Below, piece after piece: positions 1-10,228 of a DNA stretch of 60,689 nucleotides; within the stretch, counting starts at the first letter, position 1, and the number at the start of each line of letters is the position of its first letter. Under the pieces are notes generated by a model. The model saw only the letters and a list, made by a program, of their open reading frames with translations. It was not told where the DNA came from and did not search any database. The position numbers and the translations under genes were made by a program. The stretch spans positions 1 through 60,689 of the forward strand of contig JBBSDS010000001.1 in NCBI GenBank assembly GCA_038240495.1, written 5' to 3'. The DNA is from Chthoniobacterales bacterium (GTDB lineage: Bacteria > Verrucomicrobiota > Verrucomicrobiia > Chthoniobacterales > Chthoniobacteraceae).

Positions 1-3000
1 CCGAGTCCGTCGAAGCCCTCGGGCATCAGCGAGCGGCCGGTGTTCTCGCGCTTTTTGATGTCGGCGACTTTCACCTGCTGCACACCGGCGAGGCTCTTGA
101 GCGTGATGGTCGTCGGGTTTTCCGACTCGATCACTCCGGCAAAAAGCTGGCCGTCCTTCGTCTCGAGATTCCACGCGACGAAGCTCGGATCGACCTCCGC
201 ATTCGGATCGACGATCGCCGTGAGCAACTCGCTCGCGCCGTGCGCGCCCATGCCGGTGAGCCCCGGCCCGATGTTCGCGCCGAAGCCGCCGAAGTTGTGG
301 CACACCGCGCACGTCGTGTTGAAGAGCACCTTGCCCTTCGCCGGATCGCCCTTCTGCTCGACGGTCGGCATCAGCTTCGCGATCGCGTCCTTCTTCGCCT
401 TCGCGAGCGGATTGAGTTCGTCGAGCATCTTGCCCGCGCGCTCGGCCACCTTCTTGTCCGCGTGCGTGCGGAGGCGGAAGGCGTTCGCCGGTCCGAGCGT
501 GGTCACATCGACCTGCTTCGCCTGCACCGCGTCGAGAAAGGCGCGCGTCCAGTCCGCGCGCTTGAGCACGGCGTCGAAAGCCGCGGGCTGCGCGTCGGGC
601 GGGAGCGTTCCATACGCGGTGGAAAGTGCGGCGCCCACGCTCACGTCGTCCGTCTCGCCGAGCGCAGTGATCAGCGCCCGCTTGAAACCCGCGCTGCCTG
701 GCTGAGCGAGCTGCTTCACGATGGTCGGAAGGATTGCTGCATTCGTCGCCCGCAGCCCGAGCAGGCTGCGCGCGGAAGCGACGCGATCTTCGTCGGAGGC
801 GACCGCATAACCGAGCGTGCCAATGAGCGTCTCGGTCATCTTTGAAACTTCGGCCTTCATCGCGCCGGCCTTGTCCCAACTCGCGATGAGCGGCAGCGCA
901 CTACGCTGGGCCGGTCCCTGGCCTTTGATGATACTGGCGAACGCGTGCTGAAGCTCCGACGTGAATTCGGGCGCCGACTTCACCGACCTCGCGAAGACCT
1001 CGAACACATCCGGCACCACGGCCTCGCCCGCACCCGGTGTGATTTCACCGAGGGCGATGACCATCTTCGTCACGGTCGCCGCGTCCTGCCGGTCCGCGGC
1101 AGACTGCGCCGCCGCGGCCAGGAGCTGGATCACTTCCGTGGGGTTGTGCCACCACAGCCCGCCGCGGAAGACGGCGAGCGGACTATTCGCCGCGATTCCG
1201 ACAGCGGCGCTGCGCTGAAAATCGTCGTCGAGCTTCGGCCACGCGCGAACGAGGGCCTGGGCGGCGGGCTCCTCGATCCCGGCGACCGCCAGCCCTCGCA
1301 ATGCAGCGACACGCACCTGCGGATCGCTGTCCACGAGCAGCGCGCCAAACGCGCCATACTGGTTGGTGGAAGTGACGAAGTTCCGGGTGCCTTTATCCCC
1401 CTGCGGGAACGTGTAACCTGGCAGCTCCGCGAGGAGAGCCGCGTTGCGACGCATGATCGGATCTCTATCCGCGAGGGCAGGCGTCCATTGCAGCATGAGT
1501 TCGTCGGCATCGCGCTGACCGAGAATCCAGAGCGCCGCCACGCGTGACTCCGCAGGCCTGGACGAATCGAGAGCCAACTTAAGCAGCGATTGATAGCCAA
1601 AGTTTTTCTCCATCACCGCAGCGTGTTTTTCCTGCTCGCCTTCCAACCAAAGCCCGTCCCGCTTCGGAAGCGGATTCGGCAGTGCCAGCAAAAGCCGGCT
1701 CGCCGTCATCCGCACCACGCGATTTGGACTCTCCAGCGCCTTCGCCAGCTCGCCAACATCCGCCTTCGACAAATCTGGCACCGCGAGCTTCTTCGCGTCC
1801 TTGTGATCGATGCGCCAGATGCGGCCGAAGTAGTGGTCGCGGTCGGGGCGGACGGCGGCGTTGACGTTGTTGTGATCGGGGCCGCGCGTGTCGTTGTGGA
1901 TCACGGCCTGGTTGTAGAAATCGCAGACATACATCGCGCCGTCGGGGCCGATGCGCGTTTCGATCGGGCGCCACCACATGTCTTTGCTGCGCACAAATTC
2001 CGTCTCCTCGCGACCGGGCAATTTGTGAAACGTGAAGCTCGAACCTTCCGGCGTGAGCCGCGCGTGGTGGATGATATTGATCGTCGGTTCGGTGCAGAAG
2101 TAATCGCCGTTGTATTCCTTCGGCCAGGTGCCGCCGTCGTAGATCGCGCAGCCCGCCGCCGCGGTGAAGGAGCCGACCCAATCGATCTGCACATACGGCA
2201 GGTCTTCCGACTTGATGAGCGGGAAAGTTTTCAGCGACGGCTCGACGACCTTGAAGCTCGGCGTGTTGCCGATCTTGCCGCGCGCGAGCGCATACTCGGG
2301 GAGCACGGTCTGCATGAGGAGCTGGCCGCTCGTCGGCTGCGTCCACATCACGCGATTGTCGCCGGTGATGGTGAGGCCCCACGTGTTGCCACCCTTCGAT
2401 GAGTATTGTTCGATCTTGGACCCATCGGGCCGGAAGCGCACGACGCCGCTGCCGATTGTGCCTTGAGTCTCGCCCTTCGCGTTCTTCACCTCGCTCGACG
2501 AACTGTAGCCGTGCGTGGCGTAGATCCAGCCGTCCCAGCCCCAGCGCGGGTTGTTGATGACCGCGTGCGTGTCCTTGATGCCGAGGCCGGTGTAGAGCTT
2601 CTCGACTTTGCGCGCTTTGCCGTCGGGGCCGGGATCGTGGATGAAAAGGATGTCCGGCGCTTGCGTGACGATGACGCCGTCCTGGTGGAAGACGAAGCCG
2701 GTGACGAGTTCGAGGCCCTCGTAGAAGACCTGCTTCTTGTCCATCACGCCGTCGCCGTCGGTGTCGATGAGGATGCTGATTTTGTCCTGCCCCTTGCGCG
2801 CCTGCTCGCCAGGCGTGGGGTCGATGCCACCGTGATCTTTCCACTCCTTGCCGCGGTAGTCGGGCCGCATTCCGCGCCGGCCATTCGGATACTCCGGCGT
2901 CTCCGCGACCCACAAGCGGCCCGCGGGATCCCAGTCGATGCACATCGGCTTCGTGATGAGCGGTTCGGCAGCAATGACCTTCATCGTGAAGTCGGGATGC

Positions 3001-3857
3001 ACCTCGAGATTCGCGAGCGTCTGTGCCGGCTTTTGCGGCCCGCCGTTCGGATAGGTGAGCGCGGAGATTTCCTCCGGCTTGGTGAATTCATCGAGGTTCG
3101 TTCGCTTGCCCGCCCACGCGATCCCGCGCAGCAGGATCGCGCGGTAGTGGGGCATTTCAAACGTGTCGTAGAGATGCCCCGGAATGCTCACAAAGGCGCG
3201 GTAGTTGTCCTTCTCGTAAGTCCACATCTGCGGCTGGATGTCGTAGATGTTGGCCTTCCCGCCTTCCGCGGGTTTCTTTCCCTCCTTCACCTTCGGCGTG
3301 TAACTCGAAGCCAGCACGCGCACGTCCGGCGAAATGTCCATGTCATAGTAGAGTTCGTCGTCGAGGTGGAAATTTGACGCGCCCTTCGTGATCGGGTGCC
3401 CGCCGCCGATGGATTGGTTTTCCGTGTAGTAAAGATCCATCGGCCCTTCCTTCCACTTCGTCGTCCCTTTCACCCACGAGCCGCCGATCACGCTCTTCCA
3501 CCAAGCCGATTCCTTCATCGCCACGGACGCCGCGTGGATCACCACGAACCCACCACCGCGCTTGGCAAAATCCTCGACGCGCTGCTTCTCCTCCGGCGTC
3601 GCGTCGCCCGCTTCATCGGCGTCCACGATCACCACGTCGGTCCGCGCGAGTTGCTCGGCGCTCGGCCAGCCGATGGCTCCCTCCACTTTCATCCCGCGCT
3701 CGGTGAGCAGTGGCACCCAGTCTTTGAGAAAGTGCGGATGATCGTGCGCATTTGGCCCGTGGGTCTTCACGCCGGACCGGATGAAAACACGCAGCGGATC
3801 GGCGTGGCCGGCAGCAATGAAGACGAAGAGGGAGAGGAACAGGAGGAGGCGTTTCAT
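1..3857 (-). CDS. PVC-type heme-binding CxxCH multidomain protein (signal peptide, ThuA-like domain, beta-propeller dehydrogenase-like domain, helical repeats, cytochrome c); 3' end runs off the window
   Basis: Absent from the ORF track (no stop inside the window). Manual translation from ATG 3857 gives MKRLLLFLSLFVFIAAGHADPLRVFIRSGVKTHGPNAHDH (ThuA-like), later HPDFTMKVIAAEPLITKPMCIDWDPAGRLWVAETPEYP; the CAVCH heme motif at about 297-311 is in the same frame. Confidence 0.88.
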   Translation of the reverse strand, partial: MKRLLLFLSLFVFIAAGHADPLRVFIRSGVKTHGPNAHDHPHFLKDWVPLLTERGMKVEGAIGWPSAEQLARTDVVIVDADEAGDATPEEKQRVEDFAKRGGGFVVIHAASVAMKESAWWKSVIGGSWVKGTTKWKEGPMDLYYTENQSIGGGHPITKGASNFHLDDELYYDMDISPDVRVLASSYTPKVKEGKKPAEGGKANIYDIQPQMWTYEKDNYRAFVSIPGHLYDTFEMPHYRAILLRGIAWAGKRTNLDEFTKPEEISALTYPNGGPQKPAQTLANLEVHPDFTMKVIAAEPLITKPMCIDWDPAGRLWVAETPEYPNGRRGMRPDYRGKEWKDHGGIDPTPGEQARKGQDKISILIDTDGDGVMDKKQVFYEGLELVTGFVFHQDGVIVTQAPDILFIHDPGPDGKARKVEKLYTGLGIKDTHAVINNPRWGWDGWIYATHGYSSSSEVKNAKGETQGTIGSGVVRFRPDGSKIEQYSSKGGNTWGLTITGDNRVMWTQPTSGQLLMQTVLPEYALARGKIGNTPSFKVVEPSLKTFPLIKSEDLPYVQIDWVGSFTAAAGCAIYDGGTWPKEYNGDYFCTEPTINIIHHARLTPEGSSFTFHKLPGREETEFVRSKDMWWRPIETRIGPDGAMYVCDFYNQAVIHNDTRGPDHNNVNAAVRPDRDHYFGRIWRIDHKDAKKLAVPDLSKADVGELAKALESPNRVVRMTASRLLLALPNPLPKRDGLWLEGEQEKHAAVMEKNFGYQSLLKLALDSSRPAESRVAALWILGQRDADELMLQWTPALADRDPIMRRNAALLAELPGYTFPQGDKGTRNFVTSTNQYGAFGALLVDSDPQVRVAALRGLAVAGIEEPAAQALVRAWPKLDDDFQRSAAVGIAANSPLAVFRGGLWWHNPTEVIQLLAAAAQSAADRQDAATVTKMVIALGEITPGAGEAVVPDVFEVFARSVKSAPEFTSELQHAFASIIKGQGPAQRSALPLIASWDKAGAMKAEVSKMTETLIGTLGYAVASDEDRVASARSLLGLRATNAAILPTIVKQLAQPGSAGFKRALITALGETDDVSVGAALSTAYGTLPPDAQPAAFDAVLKRADWTRAFLDAVQAKQVDVTTLGPANAFRLRTHADKKVAERAGKMLDELNPLAKAKKDAIAKLMPTVEQKGDPAKGKVLFNTTCAVCHNFGGFGANIGPGLTGMGAHGASELLTAIVDPNAEVDPSFVAWNLETKDGQLFAGVIESENPTTITLKSLAGVQQVKVADIKKRENTGRSLMPEGFDGL

Positions 3858-4012
3858 GGCGGTGGTTTGTGGGAAGTAAAAATTGCCGCGTGTGCTGGTG
3901 GCACGCTGACAACCGCGAAGATGATACGAGTCTGAGGCGCGATGGCATGCCTTAAAACCACGATCGCCTATCGCCGAAGCACACGGTCGGAGCCGAACAG
4001 AGGTTTCGTGGA

Positions 4013-4408
4013 CTAAACGATCCGATCCGCGCTTTTGATTCCCGGGATTACGGAAAAATGTCGATCGTGCGTGAGCACGACGGCACCGATCCGCCGGGCG
4101 CAACACGCGATGACGATGTCGGTGAGCGGAATGTTTTGGCCCGAACGCGTCAGTTTCCACGCGGTGATCTCTACGTCGGACCACAAAGCGTTGTCGGTCG
4201 GCACGTAGAGCATCACGTCCCAGCGCGCCTGGAATTTTTTGAGCAGTGCCGGTTCGCGCAAGCCCCGTCCGACTTCGCCGCGGATCACGCCGCACGTCGC
4301 GATTTCGCGCACGAGGGCGATCTGCTGCAACTCGCGCATCGGGTCGCGCGCTTCGCGCATGTGCTGGATGTACCAGCAGCTATCGACGAGAACGGGGCTT
4401 GGGCTCAC
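4013..4408 (-). CDS. vapC: VapC-family PIN-domain ribonuclease toxin
   Basis: PIN motifs VLVDSCWYI, GEV, PLTDIVIACCA, VLTHDRHFSVIPG. GTG at 4408 is the probable start and overlaps the antitoxin 3' end. Confidence 0.85.
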   Translation of the reverse strand: MSPSPVLVDSCWYIQHMREARDPMRELQQIALVREIATCGVIRGEVGRGLREPALLKKFQARWDVMLYVPTDNALWSDVEITAWKLTRSGQNIPLTDIVIACCARRIGAVVLTHDRHFSVIPGIKSADRIV

Positions 4409-4670
4409 GTTTCCTAGCTGTTGAATATTTGAGGGGTGTCTCGGCAACGCGAGCCGTTTCTTCCTCTTCGAGGGCAGATTCGTCAAAAGCGTTCCGCCAC
4501 TCGGCCGGCGTCAAGCCGATGTCTTCGGCGAGCAACGCCCGGAGTTTATTTCTCCGGTCGATCTCTCCCAAAGCGTAGTGAATGGCCTCCGTCTTGGTCT
4601 TGGCACCGGTAGTTTCTCTGACTCTCTCGAGCAAGTCGTCATCAATATTGAGGGTCAATTTCATAGCCAT
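4380..4670 (-). CDS. vapB: VapB-family ribbon-helix-helix antitoxin
   Basis: MKLTLNIDDDLLERVRETTGAKTKTEAIHYAL, directly upstream of and overlapping the PIN gene. Confidence 0.85.
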   Translation of the reverse strand: MAMKLTLNIDDDLLERVRETTGAKTKTEAIHYALGEIDRRNKLRALLAEDIGLTPAEWRNAFDESALEEEETARVAETPLKYSTARKREPKPRSRR

Positions 4671-4746
4671 CACTTATACATATCGCATCCATACATTCAA
4701 CTGATTTCTTGCGCCTCGCTTTATTTTTCTCGATGAGATTTTCCCC

Positions 4747-5586
4747 ATGCCGCCAACTTTCCCTCTTTCCGAAAAGCACACCGTCGGCGCCGATACTCGC
4801 GAGTGGAAAGTGACGGCGCAGGAATGTCCGGCGCTCGCGTTGCACCACATCGCGCACGTCGGCGTGGCCGATGCGGCGGAGCCTTACGAAATGGTGCGGA
4901 TGGATTTGAGCGGAACATACCTGCTGTCGTGCTTTGGCGGCAAAGGGCGCATCCTGCTCGACGGGCGCTGGCGGTATTGCCGCGAGGGTTGGGCGTGCCT
5001 CGCGCCGCCGCATGCGTTGCTCGCCTTTCGCGCGGAGCGTGGAGCGCGCTGGGAATTTACGTGGGTGCGATATCAGCAGCCCGCGGATCAGAAACCGCTG
5101 ATGTCGTCGTCGTCGCCAGCACTCGCGCGATTCGATCCGCTGCCGCTGCGCTCTGCGGTGCGCGGACTTTTTTATGAAATGCAGAGCCAGACTGCGCCGA
5201 TGGCTGTGACGCATTGGGTGGAGCTGATCAATACCTACGTGCTGCGCTTCGCCCGCCCGTGGCAGACCGACGATCGCCTCGGGCATTTGTGGGAGCATGT
5301 CGCCGCGCGGCTCGGCGAACCGTGGTCGCTCGATTTGCTCGCGCGGCGTTGCCATCTCAGCTCGGAACACTTGCGGCGCCTCTGCCGGCGGGAGCTGGGC
5401 CGCAGTCCGATGCATCACGTCATCTTTTTGCGGATGCAGCAGGCGGCGAAACTGCTCGCTACGACCGACGACAAAATCGAGACGATCGCGAACGAAGTCG
5501 GTTACGCGAACCCGTTCGTTTTTTCGACCACGTTTAAGAAATGGGTTGGCTGGCGACCCAGCGATTACCGGGCCCGGAAGCTCTGA
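4747..5586 (+). CDS. AraC-family transcriptional regulator
   Basis: C-terminal double HTH: WSLDLLARRCHLSSEHLRRL...IETIANEVGYANPFVFSTTFKKWVG. Confidence 0.92.
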   Translation: MPPTFPLSEKHTVGADTREWKVTAQECPALALHHIAHVGVADAAEPYEMVRMDLSGTYLLSCFGGKGRILLDGRWRYCREGWACLAPPHALLAFRAERGARWEFTWVRYQQPADQKPLMSSSSPALARFDPLPLRSAVRGLFYEMQSQTAPMAVTHWVELINTYVLRFARPWQTDDRLGHLWEHVAARLGEPWSLDLLARRCHLSSEHLRRLCRRELGRSPMHHVIFLRMQQAAKLLATTDDKIETIANEVGYANPFVFSTTFKKWVGWRPSDYRARKL

Positions 5587-5684
5587 CTGAACCTCTAACC
5601 AAGCGGTGGCCGGATGATCGCAATACCGATCATTTCGGCGACGCCGAAAGCGCGCTGAACGATCTCGGGTAGCTCGCCAATCTG

Positions 5685-6455
5685 CTATTTCATCAGCGTT
5701 CCGAGGAGTTGCTGGTAGCGCACCGGATCGAGCTTGAGCACGTCGGCGGCTTGTTCGCTCGTCGGTTCCCACATGCTGTCGGGCAGTTTCGGTGCGAACT
5801 CCACATGCTCGAAACGCACGGTGATATTCCAACCCGGCTTCGCGACGGAGATGCGCGCCGGTTTCGCGTCGCCGCGCACCCACACCCGCGCGGCCCAGCC
5901 TTGTGCTTTGAGCGACTTCGCCAGCTCCGGCATGAGGAAAACATCCATCACCCGGCACGGCTCGCCGTCGAGTGGTTCCGAGCCGATGTCCTTCACCTGG
6001 AAGAGCACGGGCAAGAGGACGAACTGCTTTTCCGGAATCGGCAGTTCAAATGGTTCGAGGCGAAATTTTCGATCAGCCTTTGGCAACTTCTTCTCCGACG
6101 CCGCGGCTTTGAGCAGCGGTTCGATCTTGCTCCCCGGGAACGCCCACAAATCCTGGCCGTTGCGGCAAATTGTGATTTCCTCGCCGAGCACCGGACCGTG
6201 CAAGCGCAGCTTGTCGGGATATTGCACCGCGATGTCCGCCTCGATCCCAAGCAAAGCCGGCGGCGTGTCGGTCAACTGCTCCAGTCGCGCGGTAAAGGCG
6301 AATGCGCGGTTGGGATTCGTGGTCGTCTTCGCGAAGACATTCACAAACGGCATGAGCATTTTGCCGAGAAGATCGTAGCGATTCTCCTCCTCGGCGCGCG
6401 TGGCGATGGGAATCGTGAGCAGCAGGGCGGCGAGAGTGAGGCGAAGGAATTTCAC
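5685..6455 (-). CDS. Exported protein, probably LolA-like fold (DUF2092-like)
   Basis: Signal peptide MKFLRLTLAALLLTIPIATRA; YPDKLRL, GQDLW and GEPCRV segments resemble LolA-like carriers. Divergent from tolQ. Confidence 0.55.
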   Translation of the reverse strand: MKFLRLTLAALLLTIPIATRAEEENRYDLLGKMLMPFVNVFAKTTTNPNRAFAFTARLEQLTDTPPALLGIEADIAVQYPDKLRLHGPVLGEEITICRNGQDLWAFPGSKIEPLLKAAASEKKLPKADRKFRLEPFELPIPEKQFVLLPVLFQVKDIGSEPLDGEPCRVMDVFLMPELAKSLKAQGWAARVWVRGDAKPARISVAKPGWNITVRFEHVEFAPKLPDSMWEPTSEQAADVLKLDPVRYQQLLGTLMK

Positions 6456-6504
6456 AGTTTGTCTTTGAGACGGCGCGTGTCTTCACTACAGCAATCCTCT
6501 GCGC

Positions 6505-7269
6505 ATGGCCGCAACGCTTTTCCCGACCATCTTTCTCGCGTCCAACGGCGGCCTCGTCTTTGCCTTTGAAAATTCGACGCTGCCGGGAAAGACCATCATC
6601 CTGCTGCTTTTCGTGGCGTCGATTTTCAGTTGGACCGTGATGGTCACGAAGTGGCGCGTCATCCGGCACGCACAGCGCCGGCGCGACGAGTTTCTCGATC
6701 TTTTCCGCACTGACCGCCAGCCGCTGCGCATCTACACAGACCGCATGCGCTTCGACGGCGCGCCCGTTTTTGCCGTCTATAAAGCGGGGTGCAAGGAGCT
6801 GACATTTCAGCTCCTCGGCTCGGCGGAAGTGGACGAGACTTTTCGCGCGCGGCTCGACAGTGCGGCGAAAGTCTCGCCAGCGCAGATGCGTGTAGTCACG
6901 ACGGCGATGGAGCGCGCGGTCGGCGAAACCGCGCTGCGTATCGAATCGCAGATGATCGTGCTCGCTACGGCTGTGAGTGGTGCGCCCTTCCTCGGACTAC
7001 TCGGCACCGTATGGGGCGTGATGGAAACATTTGCCGGCGTGGCCGCCTCCGGCTCGGCGAATCTCGCCGCGATGGCGCCGGGTGTGAGCGCTGCGCTGAT
7101 CACGACGGTCACAGGCTTGCTCGTCGCGATTCCCGCGATGTTTGGCTACAACTATCTCGTGACCACGATCCGCGCGATGATCGTCGAGCTGGATAATTTC
7201 GCCGCGGAACTCGCGAGCGAATTCGAGCACAAATACGTGGACCACAGCGAACGCGGGGGATGGAAATAA
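6505..7269 (+). CDS. tolQ: MotA/TolQ/ExbB proton channel protein
   Basis: APFLGLLGTVWGVM and APGVSAALITTVTGLLVAIPA signature. Confidence 0.9.
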   Translation: MAATLFPTIFLASNGGLVFAFENSTLPGKTIILLLFVASIFSWTVMVTKWRVIRHAQRRRDEFLDLFRTDRQPLRIYTDRMRFDGAPVFAVYKAGCKELTFQLLGSAEVDETFRARLDSAAKVSPAQMRVVTTAMERAVGETALRIESQMIVLATAVSGAPFLGLLGTVWGVMETFAGVAASGSANLAAMAPGVSAALITTVTGLLVAIPAMFGYNYLVTTIRAMIVELDNFAAELASEFEHKYVDHSERGGWK

Positions 7270-7289
7270 ACCGACTCTGATTCGCTCTC

Positions 7290-7706
7290 ATGCGCCGCTT
7301 TTCCGATCGCCACAGCCTCCAAACGCTCAGCGAGCTGAACGTCACGCCGTTGCTCGATCTCGCGTTTGTGCTGCTCATCATCTTCATGATTACGACGCCG
7401 CTCATGGAAAATTCCGTCGATCTCGTCATCCCGACGAGCGAAGCGGCGAAGCACGCGGTCGATCCCAAAGCGGTGCAGACGATTTCCATCAATCGCGATG
7501 GGCTCATGAAACTCAACGGAGAGACGGCAGCCTTGCCGCAGATCGAAAGCGAGCTCCTGGCCATGCAGCAGTCGCGCCCGGAGTTGGCCGTCGTCATCCG
7601 CTCGCACAAGGAATTGCCGGTGCAAAAGCTCATCGACGTGATGGACGCGGTGCAGCGCGCAAAGATCACGAAAGTCGGCGTCGTGACCAATCCGGAAGAG
7701 CCGTGA
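7290..7706 (+). CDS. tolR: ExbD/TolR biopolymer transport protein
   Basis: ELNVTPLLDLAFVLLIIFMITTP motif; follows tolQ. Confidence 0.9.
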   Translation: MRRFSDRHSLQTLSELNVTPLLDLAFVLLIIFMITTPLMENSVDLVIPTSEAAKHAVDPKAVQTISINRDGLMKLNGETAALPQIESELLAMQQSRPELAVVIRSHKELPVQKLIDVMDAVQRAKITKVGVVTNPEEP

Positions 7707-7816
7707 GTGCGCGGCGTCCCGGCGGGCAGCGGCGCGAGTCACGAAATCTTCGGAAGGATCGGCCGGCGTTCCGCGTCAAAGCTGGCGACGTTTTCCGTCC
7801 TGTCCTTTCCTGATCC

Positions 7817-8743
7817 ATGCGTCCCGACCGAGCCTTTCGACGAAACCTGCTGATCGTCGCCGTGCTGCATGTCGGGTGCATCGCGGTAGTCTATGTCGCT
7901 GGACTGTGGGCGGGGAAACCGACTGCGCCGCAAGTGCTGTGGCTCGATGGCGGCTCGATGGGTGGCGGTGAACCGGGCGCGGGCGAATCGAATGCGGCAC
8001 CGGAACCCGAACCGCCAAAGCCGGAACCACCGCCCGAGCCGGTGCGGATGAAGCCACCGCCACTTCCGCCGCCGGAACACGCCGCGCCGAGCGAACTCGT
8101 AACGCCGAAAGCCACGCCCGAACCAACGACGCCAAAGCCGTCCACGCCGAAACCCGAAACACCAAAACCGGCGACGCCGAAACCAACCACGCCGAAGCCG
8201 ACTCCGAAGGTCACGCCCAAGGCTTCTCCCAAACCTACAACACCCAAAGCGACGCCGGTCGCCGACGGCGATTCCACGCCGAAACCAAAGGCTTCGCCGT
8301 CCGACAAACCGAAAGGCACACCTAGCGCGGCCAAAACGCCGGGCGCAGCCGCTTCCGACAGCAAGACCTCCGGCAAAGCCGGCGGCAACGGCGCGGGAAC
8401 CGGCAATGGCAAAGGCCCGGGCAAGGCCGGTGGCGGCAGCGGTGCATCGGAATTCGGGTGGTATTTTTCGATGATCCACGATCGCTTTCACACGCGCTGG
8501 GAACAGCCCACTTCCATCGTTCGCGCGGCGCAGGATTTCACCACCACCCTCAAGCTCCGCATCGCCAAGGACGGCACGCTTCTCAGCCACGAACTCGTGC
8601 AATCGTCGGGCAACACGGTGATGGACGACTCCGTCATGGCCGCCGCGGAAAAAGTGCATCAGATCGATCCGCTGCCCGCCGGGCTGACGACCGGAGACGT
8701 ATTTGAAGTGAACATCGCCTTCAAACTCGACCAGGGGCAGTAG
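7817..8743 (+). CDS. tolA: TolA/TonB-family energy transducer
   Basis: N-terminal TM with His (VAVLHV), Pro/Lys/Thr-rich linker of TPKP repeats, C-terminal TonB_2-like domain (SSGNTVMDDSVMAA); lies between tolR and tolB. Confidence 0.8.
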   Translation: MRPDRAFRRNLLIVAVLHVGCIAVVYVAGLWAGKPTAPQVLWLDGGSMGGGEPGAGESNAAPEPEPPKPEPPPEPVRMKPPPLPPPEHAAPSELVTPKATPEPTTPKPSTPKPETPKPATPKPTTPKPTPKVTPKASPKPTTPKATPVADGDSTPKPKASPSDKPKGTPSAAKTPGAAASDSKTSGKAGGNGAGTGNGKGPGKAGGGSGASEFGWYFSMIHDRFHTRWEQPTSIVRAAQDFTTTLKLRIAKDGTLLSHELVQSSGNTVMDDSVMAAAEKVHQIDPLPAGLTTGDVFEVNIAFKLDQGQ

Positions 8744-8822
8744 AACGATCCCGAGAGTCATCTGCGGTTTTACGATAGGCTTTTGCCAAGGTGCAGCATT
8801 GCGGCGCGAGCGCCCTTCCCCC

Positions 8823-8959
8823 GTCATTCTGAGCGAAGCGACGAACCTCTGACTTCGCTCCGGCATCTGCCGCGTGGCGAAATAAGGTCGCTTTCATCCG
8901 ATGCGCGCGCGTTTGAAGAAAGGCAGAGATCAGAGGTTCTTCGCTGCGCTCAGAACGAC
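8823..8959. repeat. Intergenic palindromic element, GTCATYCTGAGC...GCTCAGRAYGAC family
   Basis: Arms gtcattctgagcgaagcgacgaacctctga / tcagaggttcttcgctgcgctcagaacgac. Related copy at 19063-19178 and partial copies near 37727-37757 and 54397-54415. Confidence 0.85.
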
Positions 8960-9060
8960 GTTTTTTTTTGACTGCGCTTCGCGACGCTTTCCATCTTCCG
9001 CTCGATTGTTTCGTCATTAGCATTCCGTCCCCGATCGAATTCCGCTACGCTCCGCGCACC

Positions 9061-10215
9061 ATGAAAAAAACCCACGCGCCCTGCCTCCTCGCGTCACTCT
9101 TTCTCGCCGCCGCCGCACTTCTGCACGCGGCGGAAACGCCCACCATCACCGTCAGCAAGAGCGATAAACTCGCCATCTCCATCGGCTCGCTGAGCGGCGC
9201 GGACAGCGCGCAGGTCGCGAAGATTTTGCAGAACGATCTCGCGATGTCCGGCTACTTCAATCTCGTCCCGGCCGCGAGCGCAGGCTTCATCGTCGGGGGC
9301 AGTTCCAATGGCGCGAGTGTCGCGGGCACGGTGACCGATCGCGCCGGCAAGACTGTTCTCAGCAAGACTTTCAGCGGCACCGCGCGGAGCAAGGTCCACG
9401 CATTTGCCGACGAAATCGTCGAGACGCTCGCCGGCACCAAGGGCATCGCCAGTACCAAGGTCGCCTTCGTCGCCACCAAAACGGGAAACAAGGAAATCTA
9501 CATCGCCGATGTCGATGGATCGGGCGTCCACCAGCTCACAAACGACGCCAGCATCAGCGTCAGCCCCAAGCTGAGTCCCGACGGACGCTCGCTCGTCTAT
9601 ACCGGCTACAAGAGCGGCTACCCGGACGTTTACGAAATCCAACTCGGTAGCGGCGCGCGCAATCGCATCATCAAGTTTCCCGGCACCAATTCCGGTGCCG
9701 CGTATTCGCCGGATGGCAGCAAGCTCGCCGTGACTTTGAGCAAAGATGGCAACCCCGAGCTTTACGTCACGAGCGCGGGTGGCGGCGGCGCGCGCCGATT
9801 GACGCGCACGCCGGGCGTCGAGAGCTCGCCGACGTGGTCGCCCAACGGCGATGAGATCATTTACTCGAGCGATGATCGCGGCACGCCGCAGCTCTATCGC
9901 ATTTCTTCCGGGGGCGGCACCGGTCGCTTGATCAGCACCGGGCAGGGCTACAACACCGAGCCGAATTGGTCGCCCGATGGAAAAAAGGTCGCCTTCACAG
10001 TTCGGAGCGGCGGCTTCTCGATTGCCATTCTTAATCTCGACAGCGGCAATTCGCACATCGTCGCCTCCGGCACTGGTCCGTCATGGGGCGCGGATTCGAG
10101 GCATCTCATTTACGCCGACGGCGGCGCGCTCATCCTGCTCGACACGCAGACCAGTCAAAAGACAACGGTCGTCAGCGGCCTCGGAAAAATTTCCGAGCCG
10201 ACGTGGTCGCGGTGA
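9061..10215 (+). CDS. tolB: TolB-like periplasmic beta-propeller protein
   Basis: Signal peptide, NDLAMSG N-domain and PD40 repeats (SPKLSPDG, AYSPDG, PTWSPNG, PNWSPDG). Confidence 0.9.
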   Translation: MKKTHAPCLLASLFLAAAALLHAAETPTITVSKSDKLAISIGSLSGADSAQVAKILQNDLAMSGYFNLVPAASAGFIVGGSSNGASVAGTVTDRAGKTVLSKTFSGTARSKVHAFADEIVETLAGTKGIASTKVAFVATKTGNKEIYIADVDGSGVHQLTNDASISVSPKLSPDGRSLVYTGYKSGYPDVYEIQLGSGARNRIIKFPGTNSGAAYSPDGSKLAVTLSKDGNPELYVTSAGGGGARRLTRTPGVESSPTWSPNGDEIIYSSDDRGTPQLYRISSGGGTGRLISTGQGYNTEPNWSPDGKKVAFTVRSGGFSIAILNLDSGNSHIVASGTGPSWGADSRHLIYADGGALILLDTQTSQKTTVVSGLGKISEPTWSR

Positions 10216-10228
10216 AGCAGTGATTTTT

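Noticed and set aside
40-3935. Many plus-strand ORFs and the 454-aa minus ORF at 1579-2943
   Set aside because: Shadow or alternative frames of the real minus-strand gene at 1-3857, which is missing from the ORF track.
8100-8300. Tandem acgccgaaa-like repeats as a possible CRISPR or VNTR
   Set aside because: They encode the TPKP linker of TolA/TonB; there are no constant repeats with unique spacers.
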